Shown: in pieces, positions 8,837 through 18,732 of the stretch
How positions within the stretch are numbered: position 1 is the stretch's first letter
Layout of the letters: every line of letters begins with the position of its first letter
Source of the DNA: an uncultured delta proteobacterium
GTDB lineage: Bacteria; Myxococcota; B64-G9
Assembly: GCA_963754925.1 (NCBI GenBank)
Contig: CAVWHX010000006.1
Location: forward strand, 96,001 to 160,000
DNA length: 64,000 nt
Direction of reading: 5' to 3'
Position numbers and translations under genes: made by a program
The notes under the pieces: generated by a model
The model's database searches: none
What the model was told of the DNA's origin: nothing
The model's input: only the letters and a program-made list of their open reading frames with translations

Positions 8837-10440
8837 GGGGGCCTGTTGCCCGAATAACTTTTTATCGTGCTCATCCATTCATCCCTATGCTGGATCTGTT
8901 TGTATGACACAAATAACCCGCACTTCTTTGATGTACCAGAATAAGCGATGTACATTGCACCGAAACTTCTGAAGACCTGACATCAACAGATCATAGCTCC
9001 AATCTGAATGAAGACTGGCCGCCGCGTAACAGCGCTTGTTGCGGTGTTTGATCAACTTGGTGATGTTCTGTATGGTGCAGATAAGATAGTTCTGGATTTC
9101 TACTCGCCACAGTCGGCGCCAGCGCGCGCGTTTGTAACCGTATCGCTTCGCCGCGCCAAACGACCCTTCGCACACGTGCTGCCGACGCTTGAGATCCAGA
9201 CGCGACAACGTCGATTTCGAAGCTCTCACCATCTCGTCCAACTCATCCTGACGGAGATGTCGGCCGACTGTGCGACCCGACTTGCTCGTCGTGCACTGGT
9301 CTCTCAATTCGCACATCGCGCAGATTCGCTTCGAAGCGGCATATTCTATGCTCTGCCGACGGGCGTGCACGGTCCTACGCCGTAGCTCCTGGCCCGCGGG
9401 GCACACAAACACGTCCCGTTTGGCGTCAAACACAAAGCGCTCTTCCATAAACAGGCCGCGCTTCTCCAAACGCTTGTCCGTACCTCCCTGAAATGCCGGA
9501 ATGTGTGCCTGAATCCCCGCATCCCGGCACGCCAGGTAGTTCTCTTTCGTTCCATACTTGCTGTCTGCAACTACCGTCTGAACCGACTCCCCCGTGGTCG
9601 CCTCGTGGTCTTCCTTAAGCACCATCAATAACTGGTCTTCGCTTACATCACCCGGGGTCAACGCCGTCGCTGTGATAATCTCGCTGCTGCCTTCGACCGC
9701 TCGATGACTCTGGTACCGCAACTTCGACTCCCCGCGCTTCATCAACGCCGCATCCGGATCGGTTGCCGATACATAGCGCAGGTTCTCTTCGGTGTACGGT
9801 CCCGGTTCTCTCGCGCTCGGCGCTTCGTCGAGCCGTGCTTCGAGTTGCCGATACTTCTTTGACAGCTGCTCGTTCAGGTCTCTCGTATCCACAACCGAGT
9901 CCTGCGAAGCATCCGCATCGATAAGGCTCGCATCGACGAATATCTTGCGCCCGTCAACCAGTCCAGCCGCAACACACTGCCTCACCACGCGCTCAAAGAA
10001 ACGCTGGAACAACTCACGTCCCCAGCGCTTCCGGGCTTTCGAAAGCACGCTGTGGTTCGGTACTTCATCATCCAGATCGTAGCCAAGGAACCACAACCAA
10101 TCGAGTCGCTCCGGTAGCGTCTCCATCAGCTCGCGCTCGGAACGAACATTGTAGAACACCAATAGAAGCATGAGCTTGAGCAGAACAGGAGGAGGCACCG
10201 AGACGTTGCCGTTATCGCCGTATGTTTCCACCACTTCTTTGTAGGTGAAATCGAAATCGACAACCGTGCTAATCTTCCTCAGAGGATGGTCACGTCGCAC
10301 TCGCTTGTCCAACTGGAATCCGGTATAGAAGAGTTTGGACTGCGGGGGTGGCTGATGTCCCATCATCGAAGCACCTCCTGGATGCTCCAGATGATATCAT
10401 TTTTGATCGAGAATGCTATTGGTTTGGGCAACAGGCCCCC
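8837..10440 (-). mobile_element. IS1182-family insertion sequence
   Basis: Terminal IR GGGGGCCTGTTGCCC (8837-8851) / GGGCAACAGGCCCCC (10426-10440) around the transposase; no clear TSD. Confidence 0.88.
8885..10366 (-). CDS. IS1182-family DDE transposase
   Basis: DHPLRKI, RSERELM, PNHSVLSK, VDAS, TDPDA, ADSKY, CPAG..CxxCxxxxxC, ExxFGxxK. Confidence 0.92.
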   Translation of the reverse strand: MMGHQPPPQSKLFYTGFQLDKRVRRDHPLRKISTVVDFDFTYKEVVETYGDNGNVSVPPPVLLKLMLLLVFYNVRSERELMETLPERLDWLWFLGYDLDDEVPNHSVLSKARKRWGRELFQRFFERVVRQCVAAGLVDGRKIFVDASLIDADASQDSVVDTRDLNEQLSKKYRQLEARLDEAPSAREPGPYTEENLRYVSATDPDAALMKRGESKLRYQSHRAVEGSSEIITATALTPGDVSEDQLLMVLKEDHEATTGESVQTVVADSKYGTKENYLACRDAGIQAHIPAFQGGTDKRLEKRGLFMEERFVFDAKRDVFVCPAGQELRRRTVHARRQSIEYAASKRICAMCELRDQCTTSKSGRTVGRHLRQDELDEMVRASKSTLSRLDLKRRQHVCEGSFGAAKRYGYKRARWRRLWRVEIQNYLICTIQNITKLIKHRNKRCYAAASLHSDWSYDLLMSGLQKFRCNVHRLFWYIKEVRVICVIQTDPA

Positions 10441-10451
10441 AGGGGCTGACC

Positions 10452-10507
10452 TCCTATCGAAGGAACTCAGCCGCGCCAACGACGTCGGCTGGAATGACTT
10501 GTCATCT
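10452..10507 (-). other. Degenerate attC site
   Basis: Minus strand AGATGAC-AAGTCATTCCAGCCGACG...CGCGGCTGAGTTCCTTC-GATAGGA, 3 nt after the REase stop; both core boxes carry one mutation. Confidence 0.65.
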
Positions 10508-10509
10508 TT

Positions 10510-11364
10510 CTACCTGATGATTCCATCTCTGAAAATAGACTTTTTCGTTCCTTTCTGAAGATACTCAACGACTCCAATCAGCTCTTTAGAAAAATCAATT
10601 TCAATTGGCTCCATGATGGGTTTGGATAAGGAATATTCGATCTTGTAACCTAAAAGTTTCAGCCTTATATCCCTATGATAAATAAAAGCATTCTTGAAGT
10701 TTTTTGATTTCTCGAAAACCCCATATTCTTTTCCATCTAGAGGTGACAGTTTGCTCGCGAGGTCACGAAGAGAGTATTTTTCGCCTCCATCTATATCATC
10801 GATGAATATTTCATTATTAAGACCTGCAATCCTGAACGGCTGAGATGTGTTGATGTCTGTGTTTTCTTTGATCCATTCACCATCCAAGAATGGTTCAAAT
10901 TTATGTATGTGTGCTGGCATGCACAAATGCATATTTATACATATTTTCTTAATTAGCGGCGTCCCGTCAGAATCTGTCCAGTCGGAATCGTTTTGTTCAC
11001 GAACTACTAGCAGATCAATTTTGTTCTGGTCAGCTTTTGTTTTTGCACCTGACTGATAGCCTTTCTTGGTTGCAAAAACGGCTTTTAGGCCGGGTATATC
11101 TCTTATTTTTCCGATTAGTGCGTCAATTTTTTCCACGGACACATTAGAGTTGTAGTCCTTGCATTCAATTACAGTTTTATAGGTTAGGCCGCCCAGTTCA
11201 TATTCCCAGTAAATATCAAATTGCCTTTCGATTCCGCAATTATCCAAAATCTTTTTATCGACTTCGACTGTAATATTTTTCTGCGTAGTTATATTTTCAG
11301 CATTTATTAGTGCTTGCTGAAGCTTTGCTACAAAGAGCTCATATTCTTTTCCTTTGTTAACCAT
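10510..11364 (-). CDS. PD-(D/E)XK restriction endonuclease (Mrr_cat-like)
   Basis: GKEYE, RQFDIYWE...VIECKDY, GYQSGA; low GC relative to neighbours. Confidence 0.8.
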   Translation of the reverse strand: MVNKGKEYELFVAKLQQALINAENITTQKNITVEVDKKILDNCGIERQFDIYWEYELGGLTYKTVIECKDYNSNVSVEKIDALIGKIRDIPGLKAVFATKKGYQSGAKTKADQNKIDLLVVREQNDSDWTDSDGTPLIKKICINMHLCMPAHIHKFEPFLDGEWIKENTDINTSQPFRIAGLNNEIFIDDIDGGEKYSLRDLASKLSPLDGKEYGVFEKSKNFKNAFIYHRDIRLKLLGYKIEYSLSKPIMEPIEIDFSKELIGVVEYLQKGTKKSIFRDGIIR

Positions 11365-11394
11365 TCTTGTGCTCACTGGATAGTTAATTGAGAA

Positions 11395-11650
11395 AGATAG
11401 CAAGTCATTCCATAGTTTCTGTATAGCTCCACGACATCAGAAGGTCCTCTGGTTTTAAACTCGGCGACTGGTTCTCCATTTTGCGGGTGTACAATGGCCT
11501 ATTCCCTCCCCGTGTTGTCCAATCATGCTGTTTTCTTAATAATATGCTTTGCATAAACTTCTGCCAAGTTTTGTTCCCATCTTTTTGCCTGTCAATTTGT
11601 TTGGAAGGATATCCCGTTTCAGGAGAACACCAGATGCGGATTTGGGTGGG
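11395..11650 (-). repeat. attI/promoter-like leader repeat, copy A
   Basis: Minus strand CCCACCCAAATCCGCATC...TTGACA (11590-11595)...GTCGTGGAGCTATACAGAAACTATGGAATGACTT-GCTATCT. Confidence 0.8.
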
Positions 11651-11667
11651 TAGGGGATTGCTTCAAT

Positions 11668-12426
11668 TCAATGGCCTTGTTTTGCGGCTCGTTGTGGGAA
11701 GATAAAAATGCATACCACCATGAACACGAGAAGAACAGCTGATGCTAAGTAGCGACTTAACGCTAACCCACCAGCGCTAACGGGCTTGTCAAGGAGATCA
11801 CCGACCACAGCGCCAAGCGGTCGCGTAAGAATGAATGCTGTCCAGAAGAGCATGGTGCGGGATATTCTCGTCCAGTAGTACGCTGCAACAACGAATACCA
11901 GCAGAGCACTAAACACTAACGCACCTCCACGGTAACCAAGGCCAGCCGTATCTGCCGTCCAATCGCCAAGTGCGGTACCTAAGGTCTGGGAAAACATAAT
12001 CGTCACCCAATAGAACATCTCCGCCTTTGGTGAACTCACGGTATTAACTGATACTGAGCCGAGGGAGCGATGCCAGATGAATAATGACGCCATCAGAAGA
12101 GTGAACAGAAGCAACGTGCCACCGGGATAGCCAATACCAAGAGAACGGTCTGCTAAGTCGGCCAACGTTGTGCCTACCGTCGTTGTGGCAACAATCGTCG
12201 TCCAGTACAAAATCGGGTGAAATCGCTTTGCGGAAATCTGAGCGATGACAGCGACTGCAAAAATTATCGCAAAAATCGCCGTGCCAACGAGATAGCCTAA
12301 ATTCATCGACATGGACACGGCGTCTCCGCCGGTCTCCCCCAGCGTGGTGGCTGCTATTTTGATGATCCAGAAGATAAGCGTTACCTCTGGAACCTTGCTT
12401 AAGTTCTCATCTCTTGTTGTGTTCAT
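11668..12426 (-). CDS. DUF347/COG4705 membrane protein
   Basis: SKVPEVTLIFWIIKIAATTLGETGGD, TRPLGA repeats. Confidence 0.88.
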   Translation of the reverse strand: MNTTRDENLSKVPEVTLIFWIIKIAATTLGETGGDAVSMSMNLGYLVGTAIFAIIFAVAVIAQISAKRFHPILYWTTIVATTTVGTTLADLADRSLGIGYPGGTLLLFTLLMASLFIWHRSLGSVSVNTVSSPKAEMFYWVTIMFSQTLGTALGDWTADTAGLGYRGGALVFSALLVFVVAAYYWTRISRTMLFWTAFILTRPLGAVVGDLLDKPVSAGGLALSRYLASAVLLVFMVVCIFIFPQRAAKQGH

Positions 12427-12460
12427 TTCGTCCTCACAGTTCAACTCATAAATCTGTAAC

Positions 12461-12525
12461 GGATAACGAAAAGCTCAGCCGGAGCGGCCCAAGGGGCCGC
12501 GATCGGCTGTAGCGGCGGGTTCGGC
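12461..12525 (-). other. attC site
   Basis: Minus strand GCCGAAC-CCGCCGCTACAGCCGATCGCGGCCCCTTGGGCCGCTCCGGCTGAGCTTTTC-GTTATCC; R''/L''/L'/R' hairpin architecture. Confidence 0.85.
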
Positions 12526-12582
12526 AATTCCTGTCGTGATCTACACTTGTTATAGGAATTGCAGAAATCATGCAATTGTGTT

Positions 12583-12954
12583 TCACCAAGTTTGAGTGGC
12601 AGATTCAATTGTAACGGCCAAGGTGGCACGTAGCCAACTGAACTTCTCTTTCATGAAGTCAAAATCAGGACCGGACGTCACGAACTTTGCCTTTCCCTTG
12701 ATCAAGAAACCGGCACCCGCTCCATGCAGGCCCTCAACCTTACTGCTTCCCAAGGTAATCAAAACATCCGGGTTGTGGGTAATGTTAGCCTCCGTCTTGT
12801 GCATGTAACCTGCGGGGATAAATAGCCGTTCATCTTGCGATATTCTGAGGTAGCTATTCCAAGTATTGACCATGTGGGGCCCATCAGGTCCCAGGGTGGC
12901 GATGGCAACAATTCCGTCCTTCTTCATTATTTCTTTCAGTTTCTCAGGGATCAT
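12583..12954 (-). CDS. FMN-binding pyridoxamine 5'-phosphate oxidase family protein
   Basis: GPHMVNTWNSY, PAGYMHKTEAN, GAGFLIKG. Confidence 0.85.
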   Translation of the reverse strand: MIPEKLKEIMKKDGIVAIATLGPDGPHMVNTWNSYLRISQDERLFIPAGYMHKTEANITHNPDVLITLGSSKVEGLHGAGAGFLIKGKAKFVTSGPDFDFMKEKFSWLRATLAVTIESATQTW

Positions 12955-13060
12955 CGTGTGTTCCTCCTATTGCTTGGTTTGTTATTGTGCCGAACAAGTT
13001 ATTCTGCAGGTCTGCATAGTATCAAATCCAGGGAGATATGCAGAAAGTTAAAAGCAGAAT

Positions 13061-13146
13061 AAGTTTTATTCCCTTCTTTTTGCCTTTCATGTTGTTTGGA
13101 AGGATATTCTATTTCAGGAGAACTTCAGATGCGGATTTGGGAGGGG
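13061..13146 (-). repeat. attI/promoter-like leader repeat, copy B (partial)
   Basis: TTTTTGCCTTTCATGTTGTTTGGAAGGATAT...GGAGAACTTCAGATGCGGATTTGGG. Confidence 0.8.
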
Positions 13147-13169
13147 TGTGTGTCTGACTCCTATTACTT

Positions 13170-13391
13170 TCACGACCACCATTTTCCGACGAAACCTATT
13201 GTGATAATAACCGCGGCGATGATAATGCCGACCATGCCGAATATTCGAACCTGTCGGCTGCAATCTTTACAGACCGCAGAAGGCCACCACGGTATCTTCA
13301 TAATGAAAAGAAAGCCGATGTTTGCCAACCAGCCGACTTCGCCTCGCTCATCATCCGATTTCTCTTTTCCACAATTACGGCAAGTAAACAT
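13170..13391 (-). CDS. Small membrane protein with two CxxC pairs
   Basis: CRNC...CKDC with hydrophobic segments; cassette position. Confidence 0.6.
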   Translation of the reverse strand: MFTCRNCGKEKSDDERGEVGWLANIGFLFIMKIPWWPSAVCKDCSRQVRIFGMVGIIIAAVIITIGFVGKWWS

Positions 13392-13409
13392 GGCAAAGCC
13401 CTCAGTGCA

Positions 13410-13436
13410 GCCGTCCGCGTGAAGCGAGGGTTAGGT
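13410..13436 (-). other. Half attC site (5' arm only)
   Basis: Minus strand ACCTAAC-CCTCGCTTCACGCGGACGGC, just after a stop at 13446. Confidence 0.6.
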
Positions 13437-13445
13437 TGCTCACGA

Positions 13446-13905
13446 CTATTTTTCATTTCTGATGCGAGCTTCTATTTCAACGAGGCTCATTGCAACCCGC
13501 CTTCCACTTGCCAGCGGCCCCTGATGTAGCACGAGCGCGACCCCGATCATGCTCGGAGCGAGCGGCCCGCTACCGGTCTTGTTAAACTTGTGACCTTAGG
13601 TAGACGCTATTTTTGTAGGCATAGCGAATAAACGGCCATGCAGCCTCGGTAGCCGACGCCTGATCCGGTGGCACCGAGGTGACTGGAACTTCAATAGTGA
13701 ATTGAAAGCCCGATGGGAGGTCGAGGTAATACGTGGCATCAATATTTCTTGACGCTCCATCAATCACCCATGACTGAGCCCCGGCCATGGCGATCGGATT
13801 AAAGCCCTTTGATGCAACTGTAGACGGGCTACCACAGCGAGCCTGACATGAGGCAATACTGGTAGTAAGCGCAATGCAGAGCAAAAATCGAAGTATGCTA
13901 CGCAT
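13446..13905 (-). pseudogene. Putative lipoprotein with +1 frameshift at ~13585 (or sequencing error)
   Basis: Lipobox-like IASC; removing one T in CAAGTTTAAC extends the ORF to ...EIEARIRNEK* adjacent to the attC arm. Confidence 0.6.
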
Positions 13906-13924
13906 AGAACCGAACTTTCCTACT

Positions 13925-14160
13925 ACCTAACAAGGTATTCTCTTGTTTCCGTATAGCTCCACGCCTTTTTGCCGGTTCTCCATTTTGCAAGCATGCGATG
14001 GAAAATTCCCTAGCCGTATCGTCCAATCATTCTGTTTTTTCTTAAGAATATGCCCAGCATAAACTCCTGCCAAGTTTTGTTCCCTTCTTTTTGCCTATCA
14101 TGTTGTTTGGAAGGATATCCCGTTTAAGGAGAACTCCAGATGCGGATGTAGATGGGTGGT
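13925..14160 (-). repeat. attI/promoter-like leader repeat, copy C
   Basis: Ends (minus) in GTGGAGCTATACGGAAACAAGAGAATACCTT-GTTAGGT, a perfect GTTRRRY core. Confidence 0.82.
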
Positions 14161-14200
14161 TGTGCCAAGTGTCAGGGGTCTGATCCCTATTACTTTTCTC

Positions 14201-14461
14201 TCAGATGATTCTCCCACCGCAGTTTCGGCAAATCCGGTTGGGCCAGCCTCTGTAAATGAACCGCCGCACGAAGTATGCCGACTTGCCGCAATGGGGACAC
14301 CGTATCAATAAGAAGTTTAGAGTTCCTGTGATGATCATCCACAAGAGAATTAATAGCAACGCTTCATCGCCCAGTAGCTTTGTTACCCAAATCGTCAGGA
14401 GCGTCATCCCGACTACCATCCAAAGAGCAATGAGGAGCCAGAATTTAGCGCGAACGGTCAT
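14201..14461 (-). CDS. Small two-TM protein with C-terminal zinc ribbon
   Basis: Two TM helices, CPHCG...CRNCG. Confidence 0.65.
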   Translation of the reverse strand: MTVRAKFWLLIALWMVVGMTLLTIWVTKLLGDEALLLILLWMIITGTLNFLLIRCPHCGKSAYFVRRFIYRGWPNRICRNCGGRII

Positions 14462-14507
14462 ATAGAATTATCGCCCAGTCCATGTAGTGACCAATGAGTG
14501 GAAGCGT

Positions 14508-14566
14508 GCTTAACGCAAAGCTCAACCGCGCGAAGTACAAGCGTCGGCGGTAGGTTCATGTTGGTG
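14508..14566 (-). other. attC site (overlaps 3' end of higA)
   Basis: Minus strand CACCAAC-ATGAACCTACCGCCGACG...CGCGGTTGAGCTTTGC-GTTAAGC. Confidence 0.65.
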
Positions 14567-14860
14567 CGCATGTGCGGACCAAGGTTTAATCTTCTTGAGC
14601 GATGGGCCAAGCGTGCGCTCTGCAACCTCAGTATCGTGGGCGGCCTGAGCGCGCAACCAATAGCCCTTGGATAGACCAAAGAACCGACACAACCGTAGAT
14701 CGGTATCAGCGGTGATCGAGCGCTTTCCCGCTACAATCTCGCTGATACGTTGAGCGGGAACGCCAATTTCCTTGGCCAAACGGTACTGGCTGATAGACAT
14801 AGGTTTTAGAAACTCTTCCAAGAGGATCTCGCCTGGCGTAATAGGTTCGAGCTTGCTCAT
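14522..14860 (-). CDS. higA: HigA antitoxin
   Basis: PGEILLEEFLKP, RISEIVAGKRSITADTDLRL, YWLRAQ. Confidence 0.92.
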   Translation of the reverse strand: MSKLEPITPGEILLEEFLKPMSISQYRLAKEIGVPAQRISEIVAGKRSITADTDLRLCRFFGLSKGYWLRAQAAHDTEVAERTLGPSLKKIKPWSAHAHQHEPTADACTSRG

Positions 14861-14872
14861 AATGGATTCTCC

Positions 14873-15151
14873 TCAGTGGTAATCAACTATTTCAACATCC
14901 TCTGCACCAACATTCGTCCAACGAAAGCAGACACGCCACTGATCGTTGATGCGAATGCTGTATTGACCCAAACGATCACCCTTGAGTGCTTCAAGGTGAT
15001 TGCCGAGCGGCACCCTCAGATCATCGAGTCGACCGGCGATTTCGAGCTGTCTGAGTTTGCGACGCGCGACCTTGGCGATATTCGCGAACCGCCTGACACC
15101 CTGACCTTTTGAAAGCGCCTCGGTGTTTTCGCATTTGAATGATCTGATCAT
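14873..15151 (-). CDS. higB: HigB toxin (RelE/ParE family)
   Basis: MIRSFK, LRVPLGNHLEALKGDRLGQYSIRINDQWRVCF, IVDYH; own TTGACG/TATTGT promoter. Confidence 0.92.
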   Translation of the reverse strand: MIRSFKCENTEALSKGQGVRRFANIAKVARRKLRQLEIAGRLDDLRVPLGNHLEALKGDRLGQYSIRINDQWRVCFRWTNVGAEDVEIVDYH

Positions 15152-15224
15152 GCTGTACAATAATAACGCATCTCGTGAGTAACGTCAAGCGTGATTATCA
15201 GGAGGCCAAATAACAGAACTTAAC

Positions 15225-15260
15225 TCTTTTTGCCTGTCATGTTGTTTGGAGGGATATCCT
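15225..15260 (-). repeat. attI/promoter-like leader repeat, copy D (short)
   Basis: TCTTTTTGCCTGTCATGTTGTTTGGAGGGATATCC. Confidence 0.7.
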
Positions 15261-15271
15261 AATCCTCACTA

Positions 15272-16060
15272 TTAACATTTTGGCTCTGGTACAGCTTCTA
15301 TTATCCTGTCAATCGTATGCTGCAGCCTGTTATAATGGCTGCCTTTCCAGTATATCCTTCCACATGAATTGCAGAAGTAAAACTCGCTGCACCATACGAG
15401 TACGCCCTCAGGAATACGATGCTTCTCCTGCTTAAACCGTGCACCGGTAACAGAAAGGGGCTCAAGCATGCCGTTGCACTCGATACAGCGGGTAAACGGC
15501 CTTATCGATGACCACAGGTCAAGCCGGGTAAGCACCTCCAGCACCTGTTTTTCCGCATCGGTATTCCTGATGATACATCCCCTTTCCACCATTTTTCGTT
15601 TCAGAAGCTGACGGTCACGGGTAAGCAGAATGCGTTTTTCCCGATGAGAGATTTCTGTAAGCTCCCGGTCATACCGGTGTTCCCGGTAGTCCACGTCAAA
15701 TCCCAGTAGCCGCAGACGCCGTGCCAGCTTGTGAAGATGCACGTCCAGGATGAAACGTGACTCTCGGAGCACCCCGGGCCGAAGCCGGGTAACGTCGGAT
15801 ACATTAAATCTCTCGAATTCAGGGTACACGCTTATGCGATCCCCCGCCTGTATGATATAGGAAAAATCAACGGACTCCCCGTTCACCAGAATAAGGTCAA
15901 CCGCAACCCGGGGAACACCCAGCGACTCGACCAGGTCCTGTACCGATCGCCGGTCTGTGCTTTCAACAACCATATCCTTCTTTCTCGTCTCCTCGGGAAG
16001 AAGGTAGTCGTTCAGCTCTTCGTAAAACCGTATGGTCACCGTGTACGGCCGGCAGGTCAT
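15272..16060 (-). CDS. Ubiquitin-like + Mut7-C RNase domain protein
   Basis: RFYEELNDYL, VESLGVP, DVHL.KLARRLRLLGFD, LLTRD, RCIECN...CNSCGRIYWKGSH. Confidence 0.88.
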   Translation of the reverse strand: MTCRPYTVTIRFYEELNDYLLPEETRKKDMVVESTDRRSVQDLVESLGVPRVAVDLILVNGESVDFSYIIQAGDRISVYPEFERFNVSDVTRLRPGVLRESRFILDVHLHKLARRLRLLGFDVDYREHRYDRELTEISHREKRILLTRDRQLLKRKMVERGCIIRNTDAEKQVLEVLTRLDLWSSIRPFTRCIECNGMLEPLSVTGARFKQEKHRIPEGVLVWCSEFYFCNSCGRIYWKGSHYNRLQHTIDRIIEAVPEPKC

Positions 16061-16114
16061 AACAGAAAACCCGGACTTAGGAAATTCTTCCCGTATCGTT
16101 GTATCGTCGTATTT

Positions 16115-16176
16115 TCTTAACCTTTGAGCTCACCCGTTTTGCCGCGTGCAAAGTCGGGTGAAGCGCGTTGTTAGGG
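16115..16176 (-). other. attC site
   Basis: Minus strand CCCTAAC-AACGCGCTTCACCCGACTTTGCACGCGGCAAAACGGGTGAGCTCAAAG-GTTAAGA. Confidence 0.88.
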
Positions 16177-16233
16177 ATCACCTCACGAAACGGAAAATAT
16201 CGTACGTGAGTGTGCCCGGAGACCGGCGCTCCA

Positions 16234-16593
16234 TCAAGCAGCTAGCCCGAGTCTCGCTTCAACAATATCCCAGGGGACTCTCACTTTGTCTTCTTTGTTC
16301 CGATCGATGAGCCCGATTTGCTCCAAACGTTTTACATCCGTGTGAACGTTTTTGTAGTTACGTCCCAGCTTATTCGAAAGAGCGAGCACGCTCATCGGAC
16401 CCGTAGCCCGAAGGGTTTTCAATAACACCCATCGTCCATGAGTTAACGTTCTTAGAAGCGTCTCCAGGTTTTCAAAATCCAGCCACTGTTCAGCCGCCGC
16501 TCTTTCCCTTCTTTCGGCGCGCTTCCATGCCTCAATGAAACCCCTGGCGGTACTCACGGAATCACCAATTCCGATTTGAATCTTATTTTTCAT
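16234..16593 (-). CDS. Winged-HTH putative antitoxin (HVO_A0114-like)
   Basis: LLRTLT..RWVLL, GPMS...L...LGRNYKNVHTDV, VPWD; overlaps upstream gene. Confidence 0.8.
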   Translation of the reverse strand: MKNKIQIGIGDSVSTARGFIEAWKRAERRERAAAEQWLDFENLETLLRTLTHGRWVLLKTLRATGPMSVLALSNKLGRNYKNVHTDVKRLEQIGLIDRNKEDKVRVPWDIVEARLGLAA

Positions 16594-16883
16594 TTGGATT
16601 CCTTTCTTGCTCTTTGGATATCTTCCAGGAAATCAGCAACCAGAGATTCCACGTCTTTGAATGGATACGCTTCTTCTTTCCCTCTTAAATGTTTGTGGTA
16701 ACCTTTATCGGCTTCATTGTCGTAACGCACGACACAGGTTCCGTCGGAAAGCCCATAATAAAGGCGATAGTTAAGGGCATGTGGTCTCTCAGCCGTACGC
16801 TTAGGAAGCTGCCAAAGAACCATTTCGCGAATAGCACCGTCGGCGTAAATGTACTTTTCGCGGTAGATAAGCCTTGCCTTCAT
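16590..16883 (-). CDS. DUF6516 family putative toxin
   Basis: EMVLWQLP, RPH.LNYRLYYG, VRYDNE..KG.HKH, LVADF. Confidence 0.8.
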   Translation of the reverse strand: MKARLIYREKYIYADGAIREMVLWQLPKRTAERPHALNYRLYYGLSDGTCVVRYDNEADKGYHKHLRGKEEAYPFKDVESLVADFLEDIQRARKESK

Positions 16884-17041
16884 ATGGTGTATCATGCCAT
16901 ATGGTAAACTGATATTCAAGAGAAATCATATCGAGGCCAACAAAAACATGGCCGGGCCAAACATATTGCTAGCTCACCGGAAGTGCCCGTCTAACGTTCA
17001 TGTGCCGTACGCCCGCGGCGCAGGACATCTCTCTCCAAAAA

Positions 17042-18274
17042 CTATCCCTGGGTGGTGAGTTGGACGCCTCGGCGCCACACGGCGCGGATGGACAGCGTGT
17101 CGCTGATGTTGGTTGTCGGGTCGCCATCGACCAGTAGCAAGTCAGCGCGAGCCCCGGGAACAATCCGACCACGATCGGTGAGTCCGAACCGTCGCGCAGG
17201 GGTGGAGGTGGCTGCACGTAGCGCCTCGATAGGCGTCAGTCCCGCAGCGACCAGCAGCTGTAGTTCGTGGTGCAAGCTAGCACCGTGGGCGAGTCCGCCA
17301 AGGATTGGTAAAGGCTCCGACACATCACTACCCGCTAAAATATCCGCACCCGCCTGGTGGAGGGCCATAACACTGGCGTAGGCATCTTTGAGCTTTCCTT
17401 GAGGATAGACATTCATGCTTCTGGAGAGGGAGTCGAGCCACTCCTTGCTCAGTCTGGAACGTATTCGTTTGTCAGCGGCCAGCGCTGATGCGTCATTGCC
17501 AACAGCAGAGGAGATCGTCACCAGGGTAGGGATAACAAACGCGCCGGAGGATGCAATGGCAGCCACAAATTCGGAGGTGGGCTGGCGGTCAAAAAATAAG
17601 TGGGCCAACCCGTCAACTCCGGCCCCAATGGCTCGTTGCCCCCCTTCGACGGTCGTCACATGAGCGATAGCCATCTTATTAAACCTATGAGCTTCCTTCA
17701 CAGCCGCAAGAAGGGTCTCGTCATTTAGTACCGGAAGTCCGGGGAAACCGATGCAGGAGCCATCCTCAATGAAGATTTTGATGTAGTCGGCTCCTCCGGC
17801 GACCTGCTTGGCTACGAACTTAGATGCCTCGTCAGGGGTCGAGACAGATGGATAACGGAAGAAGAAACGGATAAACAAGTTACTGCTCGAATTCATATAT
17901 TGAGTTGGGTGCCCCCCTTTAGAGGTGATGCCCATCCCCGGGGAGCGCACATCTGCGATATCGTTCCGTTCAGCGATCTGTTTGCGCTGTTTAGCCGACC
18001 ATCGACCATTCATCTCCAGCTCTGTGGTGACACCAAACAACAGCGCGACATGCAGGCCGTCGAAGTCGGTATGCACATGGGAGTCAATCAGGCCCGGCAT
18101 TAAGGTTGCGCCTTGGGCGTCGATGACGGTTGCCCCGATTGGAACTACACCGCCAACAGAATGGATGTGCGCTCCATCGATCACGACTGCTTGATCGTCA
18201 ATGACGCGCTCTCCGTCGAAGACACGCGCGTTGGTAATGGCGGTGATCATGTCTGTTTGATGAATCTTCGTCAT
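17042..18274 (-). CDS. Amidohydrolase family protein
   Basis: PGLIDSHVH, GADYIK, AH, AGSD, GARADLLLVDGDP; 3' attC arm (GTTAGAC) at 16989-16995. Confidence 0.9.
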   Translation of the reverse strand: MTKIHQTDMITAITNARVFDGERVIDDQAVVIDGAHIHSVGGVVPIGATVIDAQGATLMPGLIDSHVHTDFDGLHVALLFGVTTELEMNGRWSAKQRKQIAERNDIADVRSPGMGITSKGGHPTQYMNSSSNLFIRFFFRYPSVSTPDEASKFVAKQVAGGADYIKIFIEDGSCIGFPGLPVLNDETLLAAVKEAHRFNKMAIAHVTTVEGGQRAIGAGVDGLAHLFFDRQPTSEFVAAIASSGAFVIPTLVTISSAVGNDASALAADKRIRSRLSKEWLDSLSRSMNVYPQGKLKDAYASVMALHQAGADILAGSDVSEPLPILGGLAHGASLHHELQLLVAAGLTPIEALRAATSTPARRFGLTDRGRIVPGARADLLLVDGDPTTNISDTLSIRAVWRRGVQLTTQG

Positions 18275-18337
18275 AGATTGTATTCCATAATGGGCCAATC
18301 GGTAGCTCGGCTGAGATAGTAGAACTGCCTGCATCCA

Positions 18338-18565
18338 GCCCAACAACTTATTCTATAGTTTCTGTATAACTCCACGACAGGGGAAGGTTGTCCGGTTTTC
18401 AACCTGCTAACAGACTCTCCATCCTATAAACACTCAATGATATCAACTCCTCTGCTTTCTTTCTATCATATTGTTTCCTTTATAATATTTCCTTCTTTCC
18501 GCCTATCATGCCGTTTGTAAGGATATCCTGTTTAGGGAGAACCCCCGATGCGGATTTGGGTGGGG
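18338..18565 (-). repeat. attI/promoter-like leader repeat, copy E
   Basis: Ends (minus) in GTCGTGGAGTTATACAGAAACTATAGAATAAGTT-GTTGGGC. Confidence 0.82.
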
Positions 18566-18732
18566 TAGAGTGGTCCGCCAGATCGTCATCCTCGCTCACT
18601 CTTTCGACCGCCAGATGTATTTCATGACGGTCTCCTATTCGCTTCATATGCAAGAGGGAAAAAGGAATGGGATCAGGGGTTCATCTCAGGTATGATAGTG
18701 TTCTGCTTCGCAACTATTTTCAGGGAGTATCT

